Below are positions 1 through 9,991 of a stretch of DNA of 64,000 nucleotides, piece after piece. Below the pieces are notes generated by a model, which had not been told where the DNA came from, did not search any database, and saw only the letters and a list, made by a program, of their open reading frames with translations. The DNA lies in the NCBI GenBank assembly GCA_963765365.1, contig CAVXWL010000036.1, forward strand, positions 18,502 through 82,501, in the 5' to 3' direction. A program made the translations under genes and the position numbers. Within the stretch, counting starts at the first letter, position 1. Every line of letters starts with the position of its first letter. The stretch comes from an uncultured Alphaproteobacteria bacterium. Its GTDB lineage: Bacteria > Pseudomonadota > Alphaproteobacteria > Rhizobiales > Xanthobacteraceae.

Positions 1-380
1 TCGCCAATTCCTATCCGCACCAATTGTCGGGCGGGATGCAGCAGCGCGCGGCGCTGGCACGAGCGCTGATGTGCGATCCCGAGGTGCTCTTGCTCGACGA
101 GCCGTTCGGCGCCCTCGATGAACTCACCCGCGAGGTCCTCAACGAAGAGCTGATCCGGATCTGGCAGAGCCGGGAGACCCGGTTGTCCACGGTGCTCATG
201 GTCACCCATTCGATTCCGGAAGCGGTCACCATGTCGGACCGCGTCATCGTGTTGTCGAGCCGGCCGGCACGCCTGATCGACGACGTCGTGGTGCCGTGCC
301 CACGGCCGCGCGCGCCCGAAGATGCCGATACCGGTGCCATCATCCGCCGCATCCGCGCCATGATCAGGAGCGGCCAATGA
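1..380 (+). CDS. ABC transporter ATP-binding protein, NitT/TauT-like (C-terminal part; 5' end outside window)
   Basis: Open from window edge; ABC signature [15 protein letters not shown], Walker [13 protein letters not shown]-loop MVTHS; stop overlaps next start (ATGA, 377-380). Confidence 0.9.
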   Translation, partial: ANSYPHQLSGGMQQRAALARALMCDPEVLLLDEPFGALDELTREVLNEELIRIWQSRETRLSTVLMVTHSIPEAVTMSDRVIVLSSRPARLIDDVVVPCPRPRAPEDADTGAIIRRIRAMIRSGQ

Positions 381-1120
381 TGTCTCGTGCCGCCGCACCA
401 CTCGCCTTCGGCCTGCTGCTCATCGTCGCCTGGCAAGCCATCGTGACCATCGGCCGGATTCCGGAATATCTGTTGCCGGCGCCAACCGCGATTCTTGCTT
501 CGGTCGATCGGTCGCTCGCCGTTTCATTTGCGGTCACGTTCGTCGAGGCCTTTACCGGCTTCGTCATCGCCAGCGTCCTGGCCTTCGCCATTGCGACGCT
601 GTTCGTGCGATTTCACACGCTCGAGGAGGGTTTGTTTCCCATCGCGATTGCGGTGAAGACGACGCCGATCGTGGCGATCGCGCCGCTTTTGGTGATCTGG
701 CTCGGCACCGGCTGGTGGTCGAAAATCGTGGCGGCGATTCTGATCTGCTTCTTTCCGGTGCTGGTGAACACCGTCAAGGGCCTCAAGGCCGCCGATCTGG
801 AATATTGCGAGCTGTTCGAAACGCTCGGCGCAAGCCGCGCCCAGGAATTCCGCAAGCTGCGCATTCCCTATTGCCTGCCGTATCTGTTCTCGGCGCTGAA
901 GATTTCGTCGTCGCTTGCGGTCATCGGCGCCATCGTCGGCGAATTCGTCGGCGCGACCCAGGGTCTCGGCTATCTCATCATCATTTCCTCGGCGCATCTT
1001 GAAACGGCGACGCTGTTTTCGGCGATCATCGCCGCGGCCTTTGCCGGCATCGCGATGTTTTACGTCATCAGTTTCGCCGAGCGCCGGTTGATCTTCTGGT
1101 CGAGCGGGGAGGTGGAATGA
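377..1120 (+). CDS. ABC transporter permease (NitT/TauT-type)
   Basis: Start MMSRAAAP chosen at ATGA overlap with upstream ATPase; multi-TM hydrophobic protein with binding-protein-dependent permease look; ATGA overlap with next gene. Confidence 0.85.
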   Translation: MMSRAAAPLAFGLLLIVAWQAIVTIGRIPEYLLPAPTAILASVDRSLAVSFAVTFVEAFTGFVIASVLAFAIATLFVRFHTLEEGLFPIAIAVKTTPIVAIAPLLVIWLGTGWWSKIVAAILICFFPVLVNTVKGLKAADLEYCELFETLGASRAQEFRKLRIPYCLPYLFSALKISSSLAVIGAIVGEFVGATQGLGYLIIISSAHLETATLFSAIIAAAFAGIAMFYVISFAERRLIFWSSGEVE

Positions 1121-2232
1121 CCAGCCGTACGATCTCGGTCGACGTCATTCGCGTTCCGACCAAAGGCCCCGGCGACGTATCCGGGCTCACGGCCCTGATC
1201 GAGGCCGGCGCGATCGACCCTGCGACGATCCTTGCCGTGCTCGGCAAGACCGAGGGCAACGGCGGCGTCAACGATTTCACCCGCGAATACGCGCTTGCCG
1301 CACTGTGCGAAGCGCTGGCGCCGTACCTGAAGCTGCCCGCGCGTGCGGTTGAGGACAGGATTGCCTTCGTCATGTCGGGGGGCACCGAAGGCGTGCTCAG
1401 CCCGCATGTGACGGTGTTCACGCGCAGCGTCAATGACGCGGCCGCCTCCGGCTCGCCGGCGGGCGGCAAGCGGCTCAGCCTCGGTATCGCGCATACCCGT
1501 AACTTCTTGCCCGAGGAACTCGGCCGCCAAGCGCAGATCGAGGAGACCATGAAGGCTGTGCATCTGGCCATGCGCGACGCCGGCATCGACGATCCGCGCG
1601 ACGTGCATTTCGTGCAGATCAAATGTCCGCTGCTCACCAGCGAACGCATCGAGGCTGCGCTTCACCGCGGCCAAAAGACCGTGACCACCGGCGCCTATGC
1701 TTCGATGGGCTACTCGCGTGGCGCCTCGGCGCTCGGCGTCGCGATGGCGCTGGGCGAACTTAAGGGCGCGGTTCGCGAAGATCAGGTGTTGAAGGACTGG
1801 GATCTTTATTCGTCCGTTGCGTCGTCATCGGCCGGCATCGAACTGATGCACAATGTGGTCATCGTGCTGGGCAATGCCGCGGCGTCGCGGAGCCCATTCG
1901 TGATCGGCCATGCGGTGATGCGGGACTCGATCGATCTTGCCGCGGTCATGGCGGCTCTCGGCAGTGTCGGGCTCGGCGACGAAACCGCGCGGCAAAACGG
2001 CCGGCTGGTCAACATCTTCGCCAAGGCCGAGGCGTCTCCGGACGGCTGCGTGCGCGGCTTCCGCCACACCATGCTCGACGATTCCGATGTCGGCTCGACG
2101 CGTCATGCCCGCGCCGCGGTCGGCGGACTGGTTGCCGGGTTGTCCGGAAACGGCGCCGTCTATGTTTCGGGCGGCGCCGAGCACCAGGGGCCGCCCGGCG
2201 GCGGCCCGGTTGCCGTCATCGCGCGCGTTTGA
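1117..2232 (+). CDS. Ring-opening amidohydrolase (cyanuric acid amidohydrolase / barbiturase family, AtzD/TrzD-like)
   Basis: 371 aa; N-terminus VIRVPTKGPGDVSGLTALIEAGAIDP..VLGKTEGNGGVNDFTREYA and FVMSGGTEGVLSPH, VQIKCPLLT closely resemble AtzD/barbiturase as I remember them. Confidence 0.8.
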   Translation: MTSRTISVDVIRVPTKGPGDVSGLTALIEAGAIDPATILAVLGKTEGNGGVNDFTREYALAALCEALAPYLKLPARAVEDRIAFVMSGGTEGVLSPHVTVFTRSVNDAAASGSPAGGKRLSLGIAHTRNFLPEELGRQAQIEETMKAVHLAMRDAGIDDPRDVHFVQIKCPLLTSERIEAALHRGQKTVTTGAYASMGYSRGASALGVAMALGELKGAVREDQVLKDWDLYSSVASSSAGIELMHNVVIVLGNAAASRSPFVIGHAVMRDSIDLAAVMAALGSVGLGDETARQNGRLVNIFAKAEASPDGCVRGFRHTMLDDSDVGSTRHARAAVGGLVAGLSGNGAVYVSGGAEHQGPPGGGPVAVIARV

Positions 2233-2254
2233 TCGCGCACATAACGGGACGATA

Positions 2255-3115
2255 CTATCGCGCCAGCAATTGCCTGGCGCGCGCCAGATGCGGCCTGTCG
2301 TACATCACGCCGCCGATGCCGACGACGCCGGCGCCGGGATTGTTCGCGAACGCATCGACGATCGCCTGCGCCCGTTCGCGGGCTGCCGCCGTCGGCGTGA
2401 ACACCTCGTTGATGATCGGCACCTGCGCGGGATGGATCGCCATTTTGCCGACAAAGCCGTCGCGGCAGGCTTCTTCGCATTCGCGCCGGAAACCCTCGCT
2501 GTCGCGAAAATCGACATAGACCGTGTCGATGGCCGGCACGCCGGCTGTGGCGGCGCCGGCGATGCACAGGACGCGGGCCAGCCGATAGGGATCGAGAAAA
2601 CGGCCGTCGCCATCGCGGTTGGCTTGCGCGCCGAGATCGGCCGATAAATCCTCCGCGCCCCAGGTCAGCCCGATCAGCCGGGCGCTCGATCCGGCGAATG
2701 TGCCGGCGACAAACAAGGCCGCGGCGGTTTCGGTGGCGATAGGCAGGATTTTGATATGCCCGTCCGGCAGACCGCTTTGCGCTTCGCGCACCGCGAGCTT
2801 GGCGTCGGCATGAATGACGGATGCACCGCCTTCCGCCTTCGGCAGCATGATGGCGTCCGGCTTTGCCGCGGCAATGCCGTCGAGGTCGGCGTCGGTCAGG
2901 CCGCTCTGCAATCCATTGACGCGCACCATGAGGGTGGGCCGCGTCGTTGCGGCGAGGGCCTCTTTGAGAAAGGCCGCGGCGCCCGCGCGGGCCTTGGTTT
3001 TGCCGTCGAGCGCAATCGAATCTTCGAGGTCGACGATGACGACATCGGCGCCGCTCGTCATCGCCTTGTCGAGCTTTTTGCTGCTGTCGGCGGGAACAAA
3101 CAGAAGGGAACGCAT
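2255..3115 (-). CDS. HpcH/HpaI aldolase - citrate lyase beta (CitE)-like acyl-CoA lyase
   Basis: Start at MRSLLFVPADS (typical CitE-like N-terminus), VIVDLEDS motif; 286 aa. Confidence 0.8.
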   Translation of the reverse strand: MRSLLFVPADSSKKLDKAMTSGADVVIVDLEDSIALDGKTKARAGAAAFLKEALAATTRPTLMVRVNGLQSGLTDADLDGIAAAKPDAIMLPKAEGGASVIHADAKLAVREAQSGLPDGHIKILPIATETAAALFVAGTFAGSSARLIGLTWGAEDLSADLGAQANRDGDGRFLDPYRLARVLCIAGAATAGVPAIDTVYVDFRDSEGFRRECEEACRDGFVGKMAIHPAQVPIINEVFTPTAAARERAQAIVDAFANNPGAGVVGIGGVMYDRPHLARARQLLAR

Positions 3116-3132
3116 CGCGGGGAGGGTGAGCT

Positions 3133-3618
3133 TTATTTCGGCCGCATGCGGATAAACGCCTGCCGGCGGCATTCGGCGACGAGCTTGTCGTCCTGATTAT
3201 AGGCGCGGTGATGAAATTCGACGATGCCGGCGCCCGGCCGCGATTTCGATTCGCGTTTGCCGACCACCTCGGTACTGCAGTGCACTGTGTCGCCTTCGAA
3301 CAGCGGATGGGGGAATTTGACATCGGTCATGCCGAGATTGGCGATGGTGGTGCCGACCGTCATGTCGGAAACCTGGATGCCGATCATCAGCCCGAGCGTG
3401 AACAGCGAATTCATCAGCGGCTGGCCCCATTCGGTCTCCTGCTCGCAGAAATGCCGGTCGATATGGAGCGGCTGCGGGTTGAGCGTCATGTTGGAGAACA
3501 GCATGTTGTCCATCTGCGTGACGGTGCGGGTGTAGCGATGCTCGACGCGCTCGCCAGGGACAAAATCCTCGAAATAAAGCCCGCCGCGCTTGTGCCGTGT
3601 GGCTGTCTCGCTCGCCAT
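3133..3618 (-). CDS. MaoC-like (R)-specific enoyl-CoA hydratase/dehydratase
   Basis: 161 aa hot-dog fold look (NPQPLHID, GDTV..VV); AGGAGG RBS before ATG at 3618; 17 nt upstream of CitE-like gene. Confidence 0.8.
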   Translation of the reverse strand: MASETATRHKRGGLYFEDFVPGERVEHRYTRTVTQMDNMLFSNMTLNPQPLHIDRHFCEQETEWGQPLMNSLFTLGLMIGIQVSDMTVGTTIANLGMTDVKFPHPLFEGDTVHCSTEVVGKRESKSRPGAGIVEFHHRAYNQDDKLVAECRRQAFIRMRPK

Positions 3619-3715
3619 ATTTGCCTCCTGCGCCGCCGTTAAGCCGACGTTTACCATACTTGTTAATGATCGCTAACGCCCAAAGCGCCGGTGGGAGCCG
3701 GCAGGGGAGCATGCC

Positions 3716-4750
3716 ATGCTGGTCGATCCCAGCAATCAGACCGCCGGCGCGACGGTGACCGGTGCTATCAGCCAGGCGGCGCAAGCCACCGGGACGAGTT
3801 TCCATTACCTGCTGGCGACGGCGCAGGTCGAGTTGGGCCTCAATCCGCGGGCCGGCGCCGCGACCTCGTCGGCGCGCGGCCTGTTTCAATTCATCGACCA
3901 GACCTGGCTCGCCACCATGAAGCAGTCGGGTCCGGCGCTCGGCTACGGCCAATATGCGGCGGCCATCACCAAGACCGCATCGGGCCATTACGTGGTGAAC
4001 GATCCGGCGATGCGCAGCGAAATCCTCAAGCTGCGCAATGACCCGACGGCCAATGCCACCATGGCGGGCGCATTTACCCAAGCCAATGCCGCAGTGCTGT
4101 CCGCACGCCTTGGCCGCTCGCCCAGCGAAGGCGAACTCTACATCGCGCATTTTCTCGGCGCCGGCGGCGCGGCGCGGCTGATCTCCTCGGCCGCCGCCGA
4201 TCCGAATGCCAGCGCCGCGAGCTACTTTCCGGTTGCCGCGCACGCCAATGCGCCGATTTTTTACGACCGCTCGACCGGCCAGCCGCGCAGCCTCGCGCAA
4301 GTGCGCAACATTCTCACCGCGCGCTACGATGTTGCGGCGCGTACCAGTCCGGCAGCACCGGCGAGCGCGGTCGCGCAGGCTGCAATCGCGCCGAATACGG
4401 CGACTGCGGCAACCGTCGCCGTCTCGGCCAATATGCCAACGCATTTCGTGCGCACCGTCCCCATCTTCGCCATGGCGGCAGCGCATGCCGACGCGCCACC
4501 GATGGCCGCGGCCGTCCCCGACACGGCAGGAATCACCAGCGCTTTCGCCGCGGCTGCACCGGATCGCATTGCGCAGGAACACGAGATCTTCCACGGCCTG
4601 TTTTCCGATCCGGGGCGCAGCGGTCCGGTCGCGGAGGTGGTGAGCCAGTTGTGGGGCGTCGCCAATACGCCGCCAGGCACAGATGCGGCACCCGCTGCGT
4701 CCTCGGACATGATGCATAACCTCTTCAAGGACAACACGCGCGGGACGTGA
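3716..4750 (+). CDS. SLT-domain (lytic transglycosylase-like) protein with Ala/Pro-rich C-terminal half
   Basis: ARGLFQFIDQTW and ELYIAHFLG motifs typical of SLT-like domains; no obvious signal peptide. Confidence 0.6.
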   Translation: MLVDPSNQTAGATVTGAISQAAQATGTSFHYLLATAQVELGLNPRAGAATSSARGLFQFIDQTWLATMKQSGPALGYGQYAAAITKTASGHYVVNDPAMRSEILKLRNDPTANATMAGAFTQANAAVLSARLGRSPSEGELYIAHFLGAGGAARLISSAAADPNASAASYFPVAAHANAPIFYDRSTGQPRSLAQVRNILTARYDVAARTSPAAPASAVAQAAIAPNTATAATVAVSANMPTHFVRTVPIFAMAAAHADAPPMAAAVPDTAGITSAFAAAAPDRIAQEHEIFHGLFSDPGRSGPVAEVVSQLWGVANTPPGTDAAPAASSDMMHNLFKDNTRGT

Positions 4751-4868
4751 GCAGGGGCACCACCGCCCGGTATGTCCTGGATATTGCGGCGATTTATGGT
4801 GAACGATTTGTTAAGCGGGGAGGCTTTAGGATTGCCGAAGGCGCCAGGGGGCGTGGCGTGAGCGAGCC

Positions 4869-6038
4869 ATGATCGTCCGCGACTTTCTGCAATGGGTACG
4901 CACCGCGCCGGCGAGCGATCGGGCCGAGGCCACAAGCGCGCTGGCGCGCGCCTATCTTTATTCCGATCTGTCGTCCGACGACCTCGCCGCCGCGGAAGGC
5001 GCGATGTTGATGCTGCTCGACGATCCGTCGCCGCTGGTGCGCCGCGCGCTGGCCGATGCGCTGGCTGCCAGCCCAAGCGCGCCGCCCGCGGTCGTAGTCG
5101 CGCTGGCGGCCGACCAGCCGCAGATCGCGGCGCCGGTTTATGCGCTTTCTCCGCTGTTCGTCGACGCCGATCTGGTGGATGCCGTTGCGACCGGCGGCGC
5201 TCAAGTGCAAACGGCGATCGCAAGCCGCGCGGCGCTGCCATGCTCGGTCGCGGCGGCGATTGCCGAAGTCGGCAGCGCGGAATCCTGCCTGCTGCTCGTG
5301 GAAAATCCCACCGCCGATATTGCGCCGTTCTCGATCGACCGCATCGTCGATCGCTTTGGTCATCTCGCCGCGATCCGCGAGGCGCTGCTGATGCGCGAGG
5401 ACATACCGGCCGCCGCACGGCAGGCGCTGGTTATAAAACTGTCCGAGACGCTCACCGGCTTTGTCGCCGGGCGCGCCTGGCTTGATGCCGACCATGCCGA
5501 GCGCATCGCGCGTGAGGCTTGCGAGAAGGCCACCGTCACGATTGCCGTCGAGACGCCGGCAAATGAACTTCGTCCGCTGATCCGGCATTTGTGCGCCAGC
5601 GGACAGCTTACCGCCGGCCTCATTCTGCGCACGCTATTGTCGGGCAATATCGCGCTGTTCGAGGAGGCGCTGGCCGAACTGACCGATATGCCGGTCGCGC
5701 GCGTGTCGGCTCTGATCCACGATCGCGGCACCGTCGGTTTGCGCGCGGTGTTCGAGAGAGCGCAGCTGCCGCCGTCGACCTATCCCGCCTTCAAGGAAGC
5801 AATCGAAGCGATGCGCGAGGGCTTGTCGCAAGAGCCGGGCGGAACGGCACGCCTCAAACGGCGGATGATCGAGCGCGTTCTCACGCGCTGCGAGGAAGCC
5901 GATCTTGGCGAGCTGGCGCCGCTATTGACGCTGTTGCGGCGCTTTGCCACCGAAGCCGCCCGCGAAGAGGCGCGGCTATTCTGCGACGAGCTCGTCAGCG
6001 ACGACTTTGCTGCCGAAGATCACTCGGTCGCGGCGTAG
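4869..6038 (+). CDS. DUF2336 domain protein
   Basis: 389 aa, repeated Ala/Leu-rich helices, LLDDPSPLVRRALADALA pattern recalled from alphaproteobacterial DUF2336 proteins. Confidence 0.65.
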   Translation: MIVRDFLQWVRTAPASDRAEATSALARAYLYSDLSSDDLAAAEGAMLMLLDDPSPLVRRALADALAASPSAPPAVVVALAADQPQIAAPVYALSPLFVDADLVDAVATGGAQVQTAIASRAALPCSVAAAIAEVGSAESCLLLVENPTADIAPFSIDRIVDRFGHLAAIREALLMREDIPAAARQALVIKLSETLTGFVAGRAWLDADHAERIAREACEKATVTIAVETPANELRPLIRHLCASGQLTAGLILRTLLSGNIALFEEALAELTDMPVARVSALIHDRGTVGLRAVFERAQLPPSTYPAFKEAIEAMREGLSQEPGGTARLKRRMIERVLTRCEEADLGELAPLLTLLRRFATEAAREEARLFCDELVSDDFAAEDHSVAA

Positions 6039-6044
6039 GTCTCG

Positions 6045-6629
6045 TCATTTCCCGGTGGCGCCGGGAGCGAGCGGCGGCGAGAAAATGTTTTCCAGATAAT
6101 CCGGGCGGAAGCTGTTTTCCCGCCTGAGGAAGTCGTCGGTAACCTCGCGCAGCCGCGCCGTCAGCGCACCGGCGAGGTTGCGAAGATCCGGACGGGCATG
6201 CTCGCGGGTGATGGCGCGCACCGCGTCGACGTGCCGATCGACAAGCTCGATCGGAATGCGGGTGATATCCGGCGTGTGCTCGAGCAGCCGGCACAGGCTT
6301 TCGGCAACGCCGGCGGCCTCCGGATATCCGAAGGTCGCGGCCTCGCCCTTGATGTCATGGGCGGCGCGGAACAGCTCCTGGTGGATTGTCTCGGTGAAGC
6401 CATCGTGCCTGACTTCGAGGCGCGCCGCTTCGAGGCGTTCGCATTCGGATCGCATCCATTCGGAGAATTCAGACGACAGTTCGGCCAGCGCCGCTTCGGC
6501 GCGTGCGACCGGATCGTCGTCGCTTTCGCCCGGCGGCGCGACGGCTCTGCGCAGCTCGTGCGGCGGCGTGATCACTTCGTGATCGGCGTAGGTCGCGATC
6601 GACGGAGTTTCGTCCTTGCGCTGGGCCAT
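6045..6629 (-). CDS. Hpt (histidine phosphotransfer) domain protein
   Basis: AAHDIKGEAATFGY matches the HxxKG phosphotransfer motif; directly downstream of a receiver gene. Confidence 0.75.
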   Translation of the reverse strand: MAQRKDETPSIATYADHEVITPPHELRRAVAPPGESDDDPVARAEAALAELSSEFSEWMRSECERLEAARLEVRHDGFTETIHQELFRAAHDIKGEAATFGYPEAAGVAESLCRLLEHTPDITRIPIELVDRHVDAVRAITREHARPDLRNLAGALTARLREVTDDFLRRENSFRPDYLENIFSPPLAPGATGK

Positions 6630-6650
6630 TGTGGATGATGCTCCTGGCGG

Positions 6651-7196
6651 TCAGACCGTGACCTTGGCTTTATCGAGCAATGGTTGCTGGCGCGTGACTT
6701 CCGCCTTGCCGCCTTTGCGCCGCTCCGGTCCGACATAATTGGGGTTGACGTTGCGCCGCCGGTCCGGGCCGAAATAGGTCTTGCTTTTGATGAAGGGCCG
6801 CGGATTGGCGACGACGTTGAGGATGCGTTCGTAGAGCGCCTTGGCCGAAATCGGCTTTGCCAGAAATTCGGTGATGCCGGCATCGCGCGCATTCATGATG
6901 CGTTTCTTCTCGGAGTGCCCGGTGAGCATGATGATCGGCACGTAGGGATTGGCGTTGGCGCCGGGCTGGCGGATCATCTGCGCCAATTCCAGACCATCGA
7001 AGATCGGCATGACCCAGTCGGTGAGGATGATGTCCGGCATGTAATGGGTGAAGGCTTCGAGGCCGGCAGCGCCGTCCTCGGATTCATAAACTTCGCGCGT
7101 GCCGAAGCCATGCAACAGCGTGCGCAGGATGCGCCGCATATGCGCATTGTCGTCGATGACCAGAAAGCGCAAGCGGTTGAAGTCGATGCGGACCAT
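6651..7196 (-). CDS. Response regulator (receiver domain with basic C-terminal tail)
   Basis: LVIDDN, ILTDWVMP (phospho-Asp), ITEFLAKP receiver motifs. Confidence 0.9.
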   Translation of the reverse strand: MVRIDFNRLRFLVIDDNAHMRRILRTLLHGFGTREVYESEDGAAGLEAFTHYMPDIILTDWVMPIFDGLELAQMIRQPGANANPYVPIIMLTGHSEKKRIMNARDAGITEFLAKPISAKALYERILNVVANPRPFIKSKTYFGPDRRRNVNPNYVGPERRKGGKAEVTRQQPLLDKAKVTV

Positions 7197-7288
7197 GGGA
7201 CTCTCCGCGCGGCAGACCGGCGGAGTCAGCCTCGCGTCGTCAAACGTAAAGAATTGTTGTTAACGCTCGGTTAAGCATTCGACGATGG

Positions 7289-8077
7289 TCAGTAGCCGAA
7301 TTGCTCGCCGAGAATGCGTTCATCGAGGCTGTGGCCGGGATCGAACAGCATGTGCATCACGGTTGCATGGTCCATGCTGATCTCGACCGAGCGAACGGAG
7401 CGTACCTCGTTGTGATCGGCGACCGCGGCGACCGGACGTTTGCCGGCTTCGAGCACCTCGATCGTGACCTTGGCGCGATCGGGCAGCAATGCGCCGCGCC
7501 AGCGCCGCGGCCGGAACGGGCTGATCGGGGTCAGCGCCATCAGCGGCGCGCCGATCGGGATGATCGGACCCTGCGCCGAGAGATTGTAGGCAGTCGATCC
7601 GGCCGGCGTCGCCAACAGGACGCCGTCGGCGACGAGTTCGGCGAGCCGTTCCTTGCCGTCGATCAAAATGCGCAACCGCGCCGCCTGATAGGTCTGGCGG
7701 AACAGCGACACTTCGTTGATGGCGCGGTGCCGGTGCACGCGGCCGGCGGCATCGCGTGCGCGCATCGCCAGCGGGTGGATGACCGTGACCTGCGCGGCGG
7801 CGAGGCGCTCGACGAGGCCCTGCTCGGAATACTCGTTCATCAGAAAGCCGACAGTGCCGCGATGCATGCCATAGATCGGCTTGCCGGAATTCATGAACCG
7901 TTGCAGGGTCGCCAGCATCAGGCCGTCGCCGCCGAGCGCGACGATGACGTCGGCGGTCTCCGGCCGGGCATCGCCATAGCGGCGGATCAGCAGGCGGCGC
8001 GCCCGCTGCGCTTCCGCGACGTCGCTCGCCACGAATGCGATGTGCTTGAAGCGGGGAGTGGGACGGCGTTTCGGCAT
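7289..8077 (-). CDS. nadK: NAD kinase
   Basis: [10 protein letters not shown] (GGDG), [13 protein letters not shown] and [16 protein letters not shown] motifs. Confidence 0.9.
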   Translation of the reverse strand: MPKRRPTPRFKHIAFVASDVAEAQRARRLLIRRYGDARPETADVIVALGGDGLMLATLQRFMNSGKPIYGMHRGTVGFLMNEYSEQGLVERLAAAQVTVIHPLAMRARDAAGRVHRHRAINEVSLFRQTYQAARLRILIDGKERLAELVADGVLLATPAGSTAYNLSAQGPIIPIGAPLMALTPISPFRPRRWRGALLPDRAKVTIEVLEAGKRPVAAVADHNEVRSVRSVEISMDHATVMHMLFDPGHSLDERILGEQFGY

Positions 8078-8139
8078 GGCGATCGGGCTTCACAATAGGG
8101 CGGCGCGGCGCCACCGCAGATCGATAGGGGACAATCGGG

Positions 8140-8481
8140 ATGAATACAAATCAGCGCGCGGTGTTCGTCTATACGACCTATCCATCCATTGTCGAGGCGG
8201 AGCATGCCGGCCGCGCTTTGGTCGAACGCCGGCTCTGCGCCTGCGTCAATATCATGCCCGGCATGGTTTCGCTGTACTGGTGGCAGGGCACGATCGAGCG
8301 CGGCGACGAAGTTGTGATGATCATCAAGACCCGCGCCACACTGGCCGAAGCGGTACGCGCGGCCGTCAAACAAATGCACACCTACACCACCCCCGCGATC
8401 CTGGTTCTGCCGATCGAGAGCGTCGATCCGGATTATCAGGCGTGGATCATGGCGGAGACGGAAGGGGAGGGTACGAACTAG
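8140..8481 (+). CDS. cutA: Divalent-cation tolerance protein CutA
   Basis: 113 aa; ACVNI.PG..S.YWWQG.IE motif. Confidence 0.85.
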   Translation: MNTNQRAVFVYTTYPSIVEAEHAGRALVERRLCACVNIMPGMVSLYWWQGTIERGDEVVMIIKTRATLAEAVRAAVKQMHTYTTPAILVLPIESVDPDYQAWIMAETEGEGTN

Positions 8482-8596
8482 AGTGTGCTCGGGCCGTGCA
8501 CTCGAACGAAGTGATTGACAAAAAGAGGCGCGGAATTATCCGCTTGATCTGCACTGTCGGTGGATGGCCATACTGACGTACACTATATCGGCTGCC

Positions 8597-8794
8597 TCAA
8601 GCGGCGTTACGTTTCTGCTCCGGCGCTTCGACGGTTTCGCAGTTCACAATTTTAAAGCGGCGTTCCAAGTCGGCGACCTCCTGCTTGTACCGGAATTCAG
8701 AACGGCCCCGGCCAAACTGAAGGCCCAGCCAGAAACAGCAGGCCCAGCTTGCAAGCATAAGTACAAATACCGACGCGTCCATGGCGGCGCTCAT
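8597..8794 (-). CDS. Small hypothetical membrane protein (65 aa)
   Basis: One hydrophobic helix then charged tail; only an ORF call. Confidence 0.3.
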   Translation of the reverse strand: MSAAMDASVFVLMLASWACCFWLGLQFGRGRSEFRYKQEVADLERRFKIVNCETVEAPEQKRNAA

Positions 8795-8979
8795 GCGCCC
8801 GTGCCGTGTTGGCGTCGAATGTAAAGCGCCGCGATGGTGGCCAAGCCACTAAGCCCGGCGACGCAATTTTACTCGGCTTGCGCAGAAAGCGTCACAAGTC
8901 CTCGCCGGGCATCATTATTTGGCGCGACAGCACGGCTTTTTCGCCACCGCGGAGCGCCCTTCCGGGGCGCCGCTGTATC

Positions 8980-9522
8980 CTAATATGTCACAGTGCCGTC
9001 GATTGCCGCTTTGAGCGCCGTATAGGATCGGCACTCGGTGCCGCAGATGCTCTTGACCTTTTCCAGGTCGTCCTTGGCCTTGAGGATGTTGCCCTGTTCG
9101 GCCTGCCACATGCCGTAATAGGACCAGGTCAGCGCGTGGTTGGGATCGGCGGCGAGCGCGCGGTCATACCAGATCTTGGCGTCGTCGTAGCGGCCGAGCT
9201 TGCGGCTCGCATAGCCGATCAGCGTCGCCACGTCGGCGTTGTCGTCATAGCCCATCGCCCGCAGCACAGAGATACCGTCGACATAATCGGCCTTGTCGTA
9301 AATCAGCGCGTAGGCCTGATGCCAACCTTTGTGGAATTCGTCGGTCGCACTCGATTTTTTTGACTTTTTGACGTGCGCTTTCTTGGTGCCTTGGCTGGGG
9401 GGCGGCGATTGAGTCGTCGTTTGCGGCGCCGCGGGGCTGCCGCTCTCAATAGCCACGGCGAATTTCGGCGCGGCAATGGCGACTACGAGAACGGCGGCGG
9501 TAAACAGCATGGTTTTGCGCAT
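8980..9522 (-). CDS. Secreted TPR-repeat protein
   Basis: Start at MRKTMLFTAAVLVVAIA (signal peptide); TPR-like YDDAKIWYDRALAADPNHA. Confidence 0.7.
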   Translation of the reverse strand: MRKTMLFTAAVLVVAIAAPKFAVAIESGSPAAPQTTTQSPPPSQGTKKAHVKKSKKSSATDEFHKGWHQAYALIYDKADYVDGISVLRAMGYDDNADVATLIGYASRKLGRYDDAKIWYDRALAADPNHALTWSYYGMWQAEQGNILKAKDDLEKVKSICGTECRSYTALKAAIDGTVTY

Positions 9523-9953
9523 GACGTCCCTCCGGTTATGGGCACTGGTGTGCTGGCGCGTTGTAAACACCGCGACCCCGGCAGTTCATCCCGGCATTCG
9601 GCGCCAGTTCCACATCGCGGAACGGACGAGGTCCCGGCTGGGCAGATTACAGGAATTTCACGTAGGTGAACGAATTCTGCCAATGCACTTCAGCGCCCAT
9701 TCACGCCGCCGGGTTTAAACGGGTGTTTGAAAACGGCGCGATCTCGCAATCGCAAGCCGCCAGAATCGAACGAGATTGCCTGCGATCCGGAATATGCATC
9801 CCCACAAAGGTTGCGAACCGAGGCCCGGATCGTGCGCACCGGCTTGCAGCTATCGGGCGGCTCAACCGTCCGATGCGCAAGCCGGACTTTAGCCGACCTC
9901 GCGGGACCGGCGACCAGCCGTTCCGAACAAGAACGCAAAGCCGCGAGGATCAA

Positions 9954-9987
9954 GGAGGCCGGCCTTTGGGCCGGCCTCCGATCTTTT
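9954..9987. terminator. Rho-independent terminator hairpin (11-bp GC stem GGAGGCCGGCC / GGCCGGCCTCC, loop TTTG, then GATCTTTT on + strand)
   Basis: Perfect inverted repeat read from sequence; lies 5 nt beyond the stop of the minus-strand gene at 9992, with a T-run on the plus strand. Confidence 0.6.
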
Positions 9988-9991
9988 GGCA

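Noticed and set aside
3197-4717. 506-aa ORF antisense to the SLT-like gene. The same pattern occurs in 2160-3323, 4324-5418, 20404-22050, 22550-23731, 23707-25380, 40059-41075 and 59888-61537.
   Set aside because: The products are Arg/Gly/Ala/Pro-rich low-complexity translations lying opposite well-supported genes. These are typical shadow ORFs of high-GC DNA with no recognisable motifs.
9571-9953. Two-piece alphaproteobacterial tmRNA or 6S RNA in the 9.6-9.9 kb gap
   Set aside because: No ANDN..-type tag reading frame, tRNA-like acceptor/T-arm or 6S central bubble could be recognised. Only the terminator is solid.
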